A stretch of 64,000 nt of DNA, taken from Deltaproteobacteria bacterium (GTDB taxonomy: Bacteria > Desulfobacterota > Desulfobacteria > Desulfobacterales > B30-G6). The stretch lies in contig JAJDNW010000096.1 of NCBI GenBank assembly GCA_022340465.1, positions 3,280-67,279 of the forward strand, read 5' to 3'. Shown piece by piece: positions 19,647 through 28,862 of the stretch. The position numbers were made by a program, and so were the translations under genes. Below the pieces are notes generated by a model, which saw only the letters and a list, made by a program, of their open reading frames with translations, did no database searches and was not told the origin of the DNA. How positions within the stretch are numbered: position 1 is the stretch's first letter; each line of letters begins with the position of its first letter.

Positions 19647-20477
19647 TCATCTTCCCGCCGTCCCGCTTTCCAGCCTGTGTCTGCAATCGTCGACAACCCG
19701 CTGCATCGCCACGGCATGGTTGGAGAAAATCCATTCCACACCGCGGTTGGCCTCCCTGAAAAGACAGTTTGCCGATCGGGGATAGCCCGTTCCCACACAC
19801 TGCCCGGCCGCCGCATGCAGAGCGGCCGTCCTTCTGCCCACAAGCAGGTAATGGCCGGCGACGCCGGCATACCCCCGGGCCAGTGCCAAGCGGCTTAAGG
19901 TTCTTATATTGGTCTCCGCCACCGGAAGCAATGCTGCGGCGGGCACAAAACCGACATGCCTGAACATTTCCGGAACAAGGGAAAGGAAATGGTAGTCCTT
20001 TACGGGCTTCAACGGGGACAAAAGGGCGGACAGGTTTTCCGCCTGGCGTTCAGGGCGGGGATAGGTCTCCTCCTTGAGTTCCACCATCAGGTGTACCCGC
20101 CGTCCATACCTTGCAAGCACTTCTTCAAGGGACGGAATCATGGGGAATCGCGCGCGCAGATCCTGAAAATCAGCTTCACCGACAACCAGCGGCTCGCCGA
20201 ATAGTCTTGAAAGATCCCTGTCATGAAAAACGACGGGCTTGAGGTCGCGCGTCCAGCGGATGTCGAATTCGATCCCCCACACACCGGCCTGTATCGCTCT
20301 GTCAAAAGCGTTCAGCGTATTCTCGAAGACGGTTCTGTTGTCATGCTGGCCGCGGTGAGAAATGATTTTACACCTCTCTAGAACCGGCAGAGCCGGTTTC
20401 GGCTGAGGTCGCGCGGCAAAGAAGGCATCCACTACCGAAAGCAATAATGTTTCCAACAGCTTACGCATGGGCGTCAA
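19647..20477 (-). CDS. Glycerophosphodiester phosphodiesterase (GDPD family)
   Basis: 276 aa. Motifs 'IISHRGQHDNRTVFENTLNAFDRA' and 'GIEFDIRWTRDLKPVVFHD'. Its start overlaps the stop of the upstream gene by 4 bp (ATGA). Confidence 0.85.
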   Translation of the reverse strand: MTPMRKLLETLLLSVVDAFFAARPQPKPALPVLERCKIISHRGQHDNRTVFENTLNAFDRAIQAGVWGIEFDIRWTRDLKPVVFHDRDLSRLFGEPLVVGEADFQDLRARFPMIPSLEEVLARYGRRVHLMVELKEETYPRPERQAENLSALLSPLKPVKDYHFLSLVPEMFRHVGFVPAAALLPVAETNIRTLSRLALARGYAGVAGHYLLVGRRTAALHAAAGQCVGTGYPRSANCLFREANRGVEWIFSNHAVAMQRVVDDCRHRLESGTAGR

Positions 20478-21898
20478 TCCTCGTTATATAATCCGGCGGT
20501 CGAGATGTTTTCCATGTACCTTCGCGCCAGTGGTTCCAGCCTGTTGAGCAAAAATCCGGCAACCCGGTCAATGTCATAATCGGCATCGGACAGGTCCACG
20601 TCGTCAATGTCGAGGTAGATCCGGTTGACCGCCGGCAACGTGTCCTTTTTTTCATCCAGGGGGACGGATAGATACACGTTTTTCCCCAGTATAATGAAGC
20701 TGAAGTCGGCATCCGGGCAGAGGGTCCCAATCACCGCCTCGGCATTGCCCGGGTAGATGACCAGCGGACGTTTGTCCAGTTCGAGAAACCGCAGATGCGC
20801 ATGCACCGCATCTGCAACGGCCGCCCCGTGTTGTTCGGGCGGCAGGCGCCCTCCTGCATCGGGCATAGCGCCCAGAATACGCTGTTGCAGCGACGCCATG
20901 AGCTTGTGTTTTAATACCTGTATCGCACGGGTGTAATCGTCGGTTGCTCTGAAACCCATAGGATAACCCGGCGAGCCTTTTTCCGCAAAATCGTACGTAC
21001 CAATCATGGAAGGCAGAATGGCCACCCTGACAACGTCGCTCGAAGGCTTCCGCCCGGGGTAGCGCTCTGCCAGGTCTCCGTAATCTGCCGCAAGGATTTT
21101 CGATAACACGTAGGCGTCCATTTCAACCAAACCGACCCTGTAAAGTGCATCGACCAGGAAAGGGTCTTCCAGGTACGCCATGAAGAAAGGTTCCGCGTGG
21201 ACGACATCCCGCAACAGCTTCAGTTCTTCATAGCTGATTTTGAAAGAGTCCAGGTCCGCCTGCGACGGTTCGACCAAAACACTCCGGATAAGCGCCTTGC
21301 GCGCCATCAGATTCCCCAACCGGACCTTTTCGCCACGGGCAATTTTCTGTACCATGAGCAGGCGTATGGTCAGCAGTTCCTCGGAAGGCCAAACACTCTG
21401 CTGCAATGCCTGCCCTTTGAAAAGGTTCAAGCGCTCGTTGTAGTGGAAAAGCACCTTGGACAACCCCAGGATATTGGGGTCGTACACCATCAGTTCGGAT
21501 ACTTTTCTCTGGGGGTCGCTCATGATATTGACGACCTCCTTATAATCCGGCCTCGCGAAAAGCGATCTCGTCCTCCATGCCTCCCTGACGGTGGGATCCC
21601 CCGCGGCCCCCACCACAATCTGCATCAGATAGGAAAGAATTTCGGCAGCATACTTTTCAGCCGGTGTCAGATGCGGAGGGCTACCAGCCGCTTCCGGCTC
21701 GGAGGGAGCGCTCCTGCCTGGATCCCAAACACCGCCGCATTGCAACAAAAGCAGCATCATCATGGAAGCAACGGTCACTCCGGCCGCATGGGCCGCTTTT
21801 CTGTAATAACCGTTTTTTACCTGGCACAAATTGAAATAGCCCATCCCCAAAATTTGAAACGCTCGGCTTAGAATGATGAAAGAGGCGGATAAAGTCAC
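20474..21898 (-). CDS. Hypothetical protein, probable lipoprotein, translationally coupled to the GDPD gene
   Basis: 474 aa. The N-terminus has a charged, hydrophobic, 'LLLQC' lipobox-like pattern. I recognise no other domain. Coding-like composition and 4-bp overlap coupling support a real gene. The true start may be an internal Met. Confidence 0.6.
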   Translation of the reverse strand: MTLSASFIILSRAFQILGMGYFNLCQVKNGYYRKAAHAAGVTVASMMMLLLLQCGGVWDPGRSAPSEPEAAGSPPHLTPAEKYAAEILSYLMQIVVGAAGDPTVREAWRTRSLFARPDYKEVVNIMSDPQRKVSELMVYDPNILGLSKVLFHYNERLNLFKGQALQQSVWPSEELLTIRLLMVQKIARGEKVRLGNLMARKALIRSVLVEPSQADLDSFKISYEELKLLRDVVHAEPFFMAYLEDPFLVDALYRVGLVEMDAYVLSKILAADYGDLAERYPGRKPSSDVVRVAILPSMIGTYDFAEKGSPGYPMGFRATDDYTRAIQVLKHKLMASLQQRILGAMPDAGGRLPPEQHGAAVADAVHAHLRFLELDKRPLVIYPGNAEAVIGTLCPDADFSFIILGKNVYLSVPLDEKKDTLPAVNRIYLDIDDVDLSDADYDIDRVAGFLLNRLEPLARRYMENISTAGLYNED

Positions 21899-22056
21899 AT
21901 GTAATGGACCGATTTGTCAACAACCACCCTAAGCTTTGAAATGATTGTCCGCAACCGGAAAATTGTCCCTTGAAAATGCAGATGTTTTTTTTGTAAAATA
22001 AATGTCAAACTCCCTATACGCCTTGATATCCTTCCCGGTTTCGCCTATCAGGGCTC

Positions 22057-23016
22057 ATGAAGTTATTATCGCACACAATACGTGGTACGCTGGCTCTGGC
22101 GCTCTATGTCATCAACACGTTTTTTTTCTGCGTGCCGCTTTTCGCCGTGGCCCTCTTGAAGGTGGCCGTGCCGTTCGCCCCCTGGCGCAGGCTGTGCAGC
22201 CGGGCACTAAACGGCATTGCCGGCGGATGGATCGGGGTCAACATTTTCAATCAGAATTTTTTTTCCTCGACACCCATACACGTGAGCGGCCCGTTGTCTC
22301 TGGATCCCGATGGTTGGTACCTGGTTATGGCCAATCATCAATCCTGGGTGGACATACTCGTCTTGCAACGCATCTTCCACTCCCGCATTCCCATGCTGAA
22401 ATTTTTTCTAAAAAAGGAGTTGATCTGGGTTCCGCTGCTGGGGCTGGCCTGGTGGGCGCTGGATTTTCCATTCATGAAACGCTATTCGAAATCGTTTCTT
22501 GAAAAAAATCCGCATCTCAGGGGCAAAGACATCGAAATCACCAAACGGACCTGCCAGAGATTTAAAACCATCCCGGTGTCAATTATGAACTTCGTGGAAG
22601 GTACCCGCTTCACGGTGCAAAAGCACAGCCTGCAGGGCTCCCCCTACACTCACCTGCTGAAAACCAAAGCGGGGGGAATCGCTTTGGTGCTGACGGCCAT
22701 GGGGGAACAAATCCGCACCATTCTGGATGTCACCATTGCCTACCCCGGCAGGTCAGGCAGCTTCTGGCGGTACATTTCGGGCGGAATTCCGGAAATCAGG
22801 GTCGCTGTCAGGCCCCTGCCCGTTGATCCTTCGCTGATGGGCAACTATGCCATGGATGACGATTTTCGGACCCGTTTTCAAACCTGGTTAAACGAGCTGT
22901 GGGCTGCAAAGGATGCACGCATGGGCCGTATGTTGTCCCTGAACGCTGCAACTGTCCGAACCCGCGCGCAAAACGAGGAATGTCCGCGCAATGAAGTACC
23001 AGAGGCGCAAGGCTGA
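22057..23016 (+). CDS. Membrane-anchored acyltransferase (PlsC/YihG-like lysophospholipid acyltransferase)
   Basis: 319 aa with an N-terminal TM helix. HX4D motif 'ANHQSWVDIL' and 'NFVEGTRF'. Confidence 0.8.
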   Translation: MKLLSHTIRGTLALALYVINTFFFCVPLFAVALLKVAVPFAPWRRLCSRALNGIAGGWIGVNIFNQNFFSSTPIHVSGPLSLDPDGWYLVMANHQSWVDILVLQRIFHSRIPMLKFFLKKELIWVPLLGLAWWALDFPFMKRYSKSFLEKNPHLRGKDIEITKRTCQRFKTIPVSIMNFVEGTRFTVQKHSLQGSPYTHLLKTKAGGIALVLTAMGEQIRTILDVTIAYPGRSGSFWRYISGGIPEIRVAVRPLPVDPSLMGNYAMDDDFRTRFQTWLNELWAAKDARMGRMLSLNAATVRTRAQNEECPRNEVPEAQG

Positions 23017-23023
23017 TTTGCAA

Positions 23024-23056
23024 TCACTTGAATCCTCGAGCCCTCGAACCCTTTTT
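23024..23056. repeat. Single arm of the CTCGAR-CCCT intergenic repeat family (related copies at 14026-14064 and 56797-56883)
   Basis: 'tcacttgaatcctcgagccctcgaacccttttt' shares 'ccctcgaacccttt' and 'tcact' with the right arm at 56852-56883. Confidence 0.55.
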
Positions 23057-23207
23057 CCACCCATTCCCGTTTGGAACATTAATATATATTGAATTCCACT
23101 CCTTTTTTGTATACGGTTGCCCCTCGGCAACGTTCTTCGACCGGCGCACATTTTACAAGTGCCCAAGTTGAATTCTGGAAGTGGTTAAATTGAGGAAGGA
23201 GTTTCAT

Positions 23208-23954
23208 ATGCCAGTGGTGGGTATCATCGGCGGGTCCGGACTGGACGACCATGACATTCTCGAAAATGCCGACGTATTGGATGTGGAAACACCCTTCGGT
23301 AAACCTTCCTCAAAACTGGCAACGGGCCGCATAGCAGGCCAAGACGTCGTGCTGCTTTCCCGTCATGGAACCCGCCATCAGTTGAGCCCGACCCAGGTCA
23401 ACAACCGGGCCAACATCCATGCCCTCAAGGAGGCGGGGGTAACCCATATCCTGGCCACAACCGCCTGCGGCAGTCTTCGCCGCAAAATAGATCGGGGGCA
23501 TTTTGTCATCATCGACCAGTTTATCGACTTTACGCGTTTCAGAAAAACCACTTTTTTCGATTCCTTCGAAGGGGGCGCCAGACACACGGCCATGGCCGAA
23601 CCCTTCGATGCGGCCCTGAGGCGTGTACTTTACAGGACCTCGGTCGATCTCGGTTATCCCACCCATGACGGCGGAACCGTTGTCACCATCGAAGGCCCCC
23701 GCTTTTCCACCAGGGCCGAATCCTGCATGTTCAGGGCCTGGGGGGCGGACATCATCAACATGTCGATCGCTCCCGAAGCAGTGCTGGCCAACGAGGCGGA
23801 AATACCTTACGCCGCCGTTGCCATGTCCACCGACTACGACTGCTGGAAGGAAGATGAAGATCCGGTATCATGGGAAGAAATCCTGACCGTGTTCAATAAA
23901 AATGCCGAAAGGGTGAAACAGTTGCTGGTCAAGGTCATTGAAAAAATAGAATGA
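23208..23954 (+). CDS. mtnP: S-methyl-5-prime-thioadenosine phosphorylase
   Basis: Motifs 'VGIIGGSGL', 'LSRHGTRHQLSPTQVNNRANIHALKEAGV' and 'TIEGPRFSTRAES...WGADIINMS..PEAVLANEAEIPYAAVAMSTDYDCW'. The ATG at 23208 has a GAGGAAGGA ribosome-binding site upstream. Confidence 0.9.
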   Translation: MPVVGIIGGSGLDDHDILENADVLDVETPFGKPSSKLATGRIAGQDVVLLSRHGTRHQLSPTQVNNRANIHALKEAGVTHILATTACGSLRRKIDRGHFVIIDQFIDFTRFRKTTFFDSFEGGARHTAMAEPFDAALRRVLYRTSVDLGYPTHDGGTVVTIEGPRFSTRAESCMFRAWGADIINMSIAPEAVLANEAEIPYAAVAMSTDYDCWKEDEDPVSWEEILTVFNKNAERVKQLLVKVIEKIE

Positions 23955-23971
23955 CGGACAAGGAGCTTCAC

Positions 23972-24491
<520 letters not shown>

Positions 24492-24493
<2 letters not shown>

Positions 24494-24517
24494 AATCGTG
24501 TTCCACGATTTTATGAA
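24492..24517. repeat. Stop-codon-overlapping hairpin AAAATCGTG-TTC-CACGATTTT followed by ATGAA (family member)
   Basis: Perfect 9-bp stem with a 3-nt loop, starting inside the apt stop codon. Related copies lie at 9813-9838, 33310-33335 and 55322-55347. Confidence 0.6.
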
Positions 24518-24571
24518 ACGCGACGACGTCGCTCCTGTACAAAAGACCAAAATTACGCAAACAAATGGACC

Positions 24572-24771
24572 CTTCTCCTGAAACATATATAGATCGTTGT
24601 TGCTCGCACTCCCGGCGGTGCCCAGGCCGACCGTGACGCCGGCCTTCAGGTATTTTGTCACCGGTGCAACGCCGGCGGCCAGCTTCATGTTGCTCTGCGG
24701 GTTGTGGAAGCCCCTTTGCGGATAAACGCGGCGGCCTTCTCCACATTATGCCGGTATTGATCCATCGTCAT
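24572..24771 (-). pseudogene. Remnant of an MtaD-like amidohydrolase (MTA/SAH deaminase family), frameshifted and truncated
   Basis: The minus-strand translation gives '[45 protein letters not shown]', resembling the 'HCPxSNMKLASG...GTDGAASNN.LDMFEE' block of chlorohydrolase-type deaminases. Only about 65 aa remain, the upstream part is in a different frame, and the metal-ligand Asp is replaced (GTAG). Confidence 0.45.
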
Positions 24772-24879
24772 TTTGAAAGAATTACAAAAATATCTTGTAG
24801 TTGTCAATGCGGTTCATTTATCCCTCACCACAAATCCTGCCGTTGACTTTCCTTTCATTTTATGAAATATTGGCGCCCT

Positions 24880-25233
24880 ATGAAAGTGTCGGAAGTATGT
24901 GAAATATTGAAAGCGGACCTCCTGACGGGTGAAACCCATATGGAGGACCGCGTCGCAGGCGGCGGCAGCGCAGACCTGATGGAGGATGTGTTGTCGGCGG
25001 CAACCGAAGGCTGTGTGCTGCTGACAGGCGTTACCACCGAACAGGTCATCCGTACGGCAAAGGTGGCGCGCGTCGGTGCCGTTGCTTTCGTACGCGGGAA
25101 GAAACCGGCGCCGAACGTGATAAAGCTGGCCGAATCGTATGACATGCCGATCCTGCTGACCCGTTACTCCCTATTTGTCGCCAGCGGCAGGCTGTATATG
25201 GGCGGCTTAAGGGGACTCGACGGATCCTGGTAA
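24880..25233 (+). CDS. DRTGG-domain protein
   Basis: 117-123 aa. 'LTGETHMEDRVAGGGSADLMEDVL...GCVLLTGVTTEQVIRTAKVARVGAVAFVRGKKP...LAESYDMPILL' fits the DRTGG fold pattern. The start is either 24862 or 24880. Confidence 0.6.
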   Translation: MKVSEVCEILKADLLTGETHMEDRVAGGGSADLMEDVLSAATEGCVLLTGVTTEQVIRTAKVARVGAVAFVRGKKPAPNVIKLAESYDMPILLTRYSLFVASGRLYMGGLRGLDGSW

Positions 25234-25416
25234 GGATGTCTTCACGGCCCCCTGAACCAGGGCTCCGGAACCGGAACATCCCTGCAGGACGGCGGCACCA
25301 AACATCGTACGACCACGGTGAGCGACGAAGCCACTTGGCTCGTACCTGACCCGAGTGAGCGAACTTTTTTACTGAAACGAATTTATGATGGTACATCCTG
25401 GATCGGGAGTTGGAAA

Positions 25417-27561
25417 ATGATTGAAGCTTTGTTTATGTTGGGCGGATTGGGCCTCGTTGTCGGTGTCGGCCTGGCCGCGGCGTCGAAGATATTCTATGTA
25501 TACGTTGACCCGATGATCGTCGCGATAGACGATGTCCTGCCGGGCGCCAACTGTGGCGGGTGCGGGCAACCCGGCTGCTCGGCTAACGCGGAAGCGATCG
25601 CTGCCGGCAAGGCCGCGCCAAATTCCTGCGTGGCCGCCGGGCCGGAAGTTGCCGAAGCCATCGCCGCCATCATGGGTGTCGCCATCGAAGCCAAAGAACC
25701 GGACATCGCCAGGCCCGGCTGCACCTACGGTGTTGAAGACGCGGAAACCAAGTTTATTTACGACGGCCTGGGAGACTGCCGGGCGGCGGCATTGATGAAC
25801 GGCGGCATGAAGGTCTGCAACATCGGCTGTCTGGGTCTGGGGACCTGCGCCAAAGCTTGTCCCTTCGGTGCCATTACTATGGGGCCCAAAGGGCTCCCCG
25901 TTGTCGACGAAATCAAATGTACCGGATGCGGTACCTGCGAAAAAGTTTGTCCCAAGCACATCATCACACTTTCGTCAGTCACCCGGCGGATTCTCCGGGA
26001 ATACACCACCGACGACTGCACGACTCCCTGCCAGCGGGCCTGCCCGGCAGGCATCGACATCTGCGACTACATACGCCAGATTTCACTGGGAGACTATCCG
26101 GGCGCCCTCCAGGTAATCAAAGAACGCAACCCGTTCCCTTCGGTCATCGGCAGAATCTGTCCGCGGCCATGTGAGCAGGACTGTCGACGGCAGCTGATCG
26201 ACGAACCCGTTGCAATCAACTTCCTGAAGCGCTATGCGGCCGACCATGAAAGAGAGTCCGGCCAGCGGGTGCAGCCTTACAAAGCACCCGATACGGGGAA
26301 AAAGATAGCCGTTGTCGGCGGAGGCGTCGAAGGCCTTTCAACCTCCTTTTTTTCAGCACGCTTGGGTCATTCCGTCGATGTCTACGAAGCCGCCCCTCGG
26401 CTAGGTGGTCTTCTTAGAAGCGCCATTGCCGCTTACAGGCTCCCGTCGGAAATTCTGGACTGGGATATCGACGGCATCCTGGAAATGGGCGTAACCGCAC
26501 ACACGGAAAAAAAGCTGGGCATCGACTTCACCATAAACTCACTGCTCTCCGAGGGATGCCAGGCCGTTTTTACCGCCCTGGGCGGTTGGGACAGCCGGCT
26601 TGCCAGAAATGCCGGACGTACGGTTGAAAGCCCCATCCCCGGCGTTTTTTTGCTGATGGACGTCATGAAGTCGCACAAAGCCGCCTCCGGCAAGGAGGAC
26701 CTCCCGCAAATCCAGCCTGCATCCCGGGTGGTCATCTTCGAAGGAGGCAAGTTGGCTCTCGAAGCGGCTGACCTGTGTCTCCAAAAAGGGTCCAGCCAAG
26801 TGACCGTTCTCTTCAGGGGGGCGGAAAGCGATCTCGACCTCGAAAAGGAGGAAGTCGAAGGCCTCCGCAGCAAAGGCGTTGAAATTATTTTCGCCGCCGC
26901 CGTCAACACGCTGGCCGGTGAGCGGGACAGCCTTCAGCAAATCGAATGGGTGGACCTGGAAGAAAAAGTCTTGAAAGAAATACCGGCCGACATGCTCGTC
27001 GTGGCCTCGGGCCGCTTTCCGGAACTGGTATTCACCAGACCCCGGGACACCCACGACGAAAATGGTGAAAATGAGCTCCCCCGAGATCAGGAGGACACGG
27101 AAGAAAGCGCAACCGGCGCCGGCGACCTGGAGGCCGCAGACAACCGCTGGATCGGTGCCTATACCTACAAACGCCCCGAGCACCGTCATGAGATAGGTTG
27201 GCTGTCCGAGGGCGATTCCATCAGCGACTACAGCGGGGCCATCAAGGCCATTGGCGGCGGCAGGCGTGCAGCGGCGACCATTCATAAAATCATCTACGGC
27301 ATCGACCTAGCTCTGCCGGAGAATGTTGTCGACTCACATGCGTTGATTCAGAATGTCGACCATGTCCAAAACGTAGCGGCGTCGCCGCGAACCCGCATGC
27401 CTCAGGCAGGCCCCAAAGAACTTGCAGCCGCCATGGAAATAGAAAAGGGCCTTTCCAAAGAAGACGCCGACAGGGAGTCCAAAAGGTGCCTGCAGTGCGG
27501 CCTGATATGTTACGAACACACGGAACTCAAACCGGATCTGGCCCAGGCAACGATTCAGTAA
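25417..27561 (+). CDS. Membrane-anchored RnfB-like Fe-S domain fused to a 2x[4Fe-4S] ferredoxin and a GltD/NfnB-like FAD/NAD(P)H oxidoreductase
   Basis: N-terminal TM helix, then 'LPGANCGGCGQPGCSANAEAIAAG...NSCVAAG' (RnfB N-domain). 'CTGCGTCEKVCP' ferredoxin motif. 'CPAGIDI...CPRPCEQDC' (GltD N-terminal Fe-S). 'KIAVVGGGVEGLSTSFFSARLGH' (dinucleotide fold). C-terminal 'CLQCGLICYEH'. Confidence 0.85.
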   Translation: MIEALFMLGGLGLVVGVGLAAASKIFYVYVDPMIVAIDDVLPGANCGGCGQPGCSANAEAIAAGKAAPNSCVAAGPEVAEAIAAIMGVAIEAKEPDIARPGCTYGVEDAETKFIYDGLGDCRAAALMNGGMKVCNIGCLGLGTCAKACPFGAITMGPKGLPVVDEIKCTGCGTCEKVCPKHIITLSSVTRRILREYTTDDCTTPCQRACPAGIDICDYIRQISLGDYPGALQVIKERNPFPSVIGRICPRPCEQDCRRQLIDEPVAINFLKRYAADHERESGQRVQPYKAPDTGKKIAVVGGGVEGLSTSFFSARLGHSVDVYEAAPRLGGLLRSAIAAYRLPSEILDWDIDGILEMGVTAHTEKKLGIDFTINSLLSEGCQAVFTALGGWDSRLARNAGRTVESPIPGVFLLMDVMKSHKAASGKEDLPQIQPASRVVIFEGGKLALEAADLCLQKGSSQVTVLFRGAESDLDLEKEEVEGLRSKGVEIIFAAAVNTLAGERDSLQQIEWVDLEEKVLKEIPADMLVVASGRFPELVFTRPRDTHDENGENELPRDQEDTEESATGAGDLEAADNRWIGAYTYKRPEHRHEIGWLSEGDSISDYSGAIKAIGGGRRAAATIHKIIYGIDLALPENVVDSHALIQNVDHVQNVAASPRTRMPQAGPKELAAAMEIEKGLSKEDADRESKRCLQCGLICYEHTELKPDLAQATIQ

Positions 27562-27621
27562 AGAATCCTGGCCTGAGGGTCAGGTTTTACATACTGGAAT
27601 AAATAGGTATGTAAGCCCCTG

Positions 27622-28107
27622 GTGGCAAGCATGGCAACAGAAGAAGGTATCGTCATAAAACTGGGTAGCGGCAGCGCCTGGGTAAAGACTACCCGGTCGA
27701 GTGCTTGCAAATCCTGTTCTTCCAGGGAATCCTGCCAGGCAAGCGAGCAGGGCAAAGCCATGGAAGTCGAGGCCGCCAACCCGGTGGATGCTAAAATCGG
27801 GGATCGGATCCTCCTCTACTTTGAGACGTCGTCCCTTCTTAAGGCCGCCTTTCTTTTGTACATCTTTCCAGTGCTGTGCATGCTTGGGGGGGCCGCCCTG
27901 GGGCACTGGCTCTCCCTTAATTATTCCCTGAACACATCGTTGGGATCGGCGGCCGCGGGATTCGGCTGTCTGGCCCTGTCGTTCATGCTAGTCAAAAAAC
28001 GGGGCGATAAAATGGCTTTGAAGGACAGTTACAAACCCCGAATCATCAGGATACTGAGAAATCTCCCAGCCATGGAGAAAGAGGCTCACAAAACCGTTAC
28101 CGGGTGA
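27622..28107 (+). CDS. RseC/MucC-family protein (SoxR-reducing / Rnf-associated)
   Basis: 161 aa. 'EGIVIKLGSGSAWVKTTRSSACKSCSSRESC' followed by two TM helices, the canonical RseC_MucC layout. Confidence 0.75.
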   Translation: MASMATEEGIVIKLGSGSAWVKTTRSSACKSCSSRESCQASEQGKAMEVEAANPVDAKIGDRILLYFETSSLLKAAFLLYIFPVLCMLGGAALGHWLSLNYSLNTSLGSAAAGFGCLALSFMLVKKRGDKMALKDSYKPRIIRILRNLPAMEKEAHKTVTG

Positions 28108-28256
28108 TAAATGAAAGCATGAAACTTACACACCTAATCTGAGCGATTGTCGAGGCGTGTCACCTATGGCGGCGTTGCTGCCTTTACAAAGAAGATGCTT
28201 TTCCGCAAATTTGAAACGCTCACTTTGGGTACAGCCTGAACGTATGGTGTCACAAA

Positions 28257-28730
28257 ATGAAGACCGTATACCTATCGCCGACAAACCAAATCACGATTAC
28301 CTGCCCTCGATGTGAAGCCACCAAAACCGTTGACGCTTCCAAATACGCAACAATAAAACATACGGTAAAAGTGAAGTCCAAATGCTCCTGCGGCCACACC
28401 TGGACATCCGTCTTGGAGAAACGCAAGCAGTATCGCAAAGGGGTCAGCCTGCCGGGAACCTTCACCCAAATTGTCGGCAGTAAACCCACGCGCAAAGGCA
28501 CCATGTCGGTAACCGACATTTCGGCCGGCGGACTGAAAATAAAACTGGACCACCCCCTCGATCTCCGGCAGGACGACAAGCTGAAAGTTGAATTTCGTCT
28601 GGACGATGCCCGCAACACACTGATCAGCAAGCACGTACTGGTAAAAAATATAGACGGCCTATACATCGGGACCGCCTTCAGCCATCGCGAGCGGAATGAC
28701 CCTGCACTCGGGTTTTACCTGATGGGCTAA
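28257..28730 (+). CDS. PilZ-domain protein with an N-terminal Cys-rich ribbon
   Basis: 157 aa. 'CPRCEA...CSCGH', then 'EKRKQYRKGVSLPG' (RxxxR-like) and 'VTDISAGGLKIKL' (DxSxxG-like) PilZ motifs. Confidence 0.7.
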   Translation: MKTVYLSPTNQITITCPRCEATKTVDASKYATIKHTVKVKSKCSCGHTWTSVLEKRKQYRKGVSLPGTFTQIVGSKPTRKGTMSVTDISAGGLKIKLDHPLDLRQDDKLKVEFRLDDARNTLISKHVLVKNIDGLYIGTAFSHRERNDPALGFYLMG

Positions 28731-28862
28731 CCAACCCCTGCATCGGGGCTATTTCAGCACCTATTTGTACAAATCCCATCATGTTTGCGAAAGATTTTAG
28801 TTTAGGTATTTAACCGCCGGGTTAATATGTACCTCAGCTATGAAATTTAGTGGGAGACAGCC

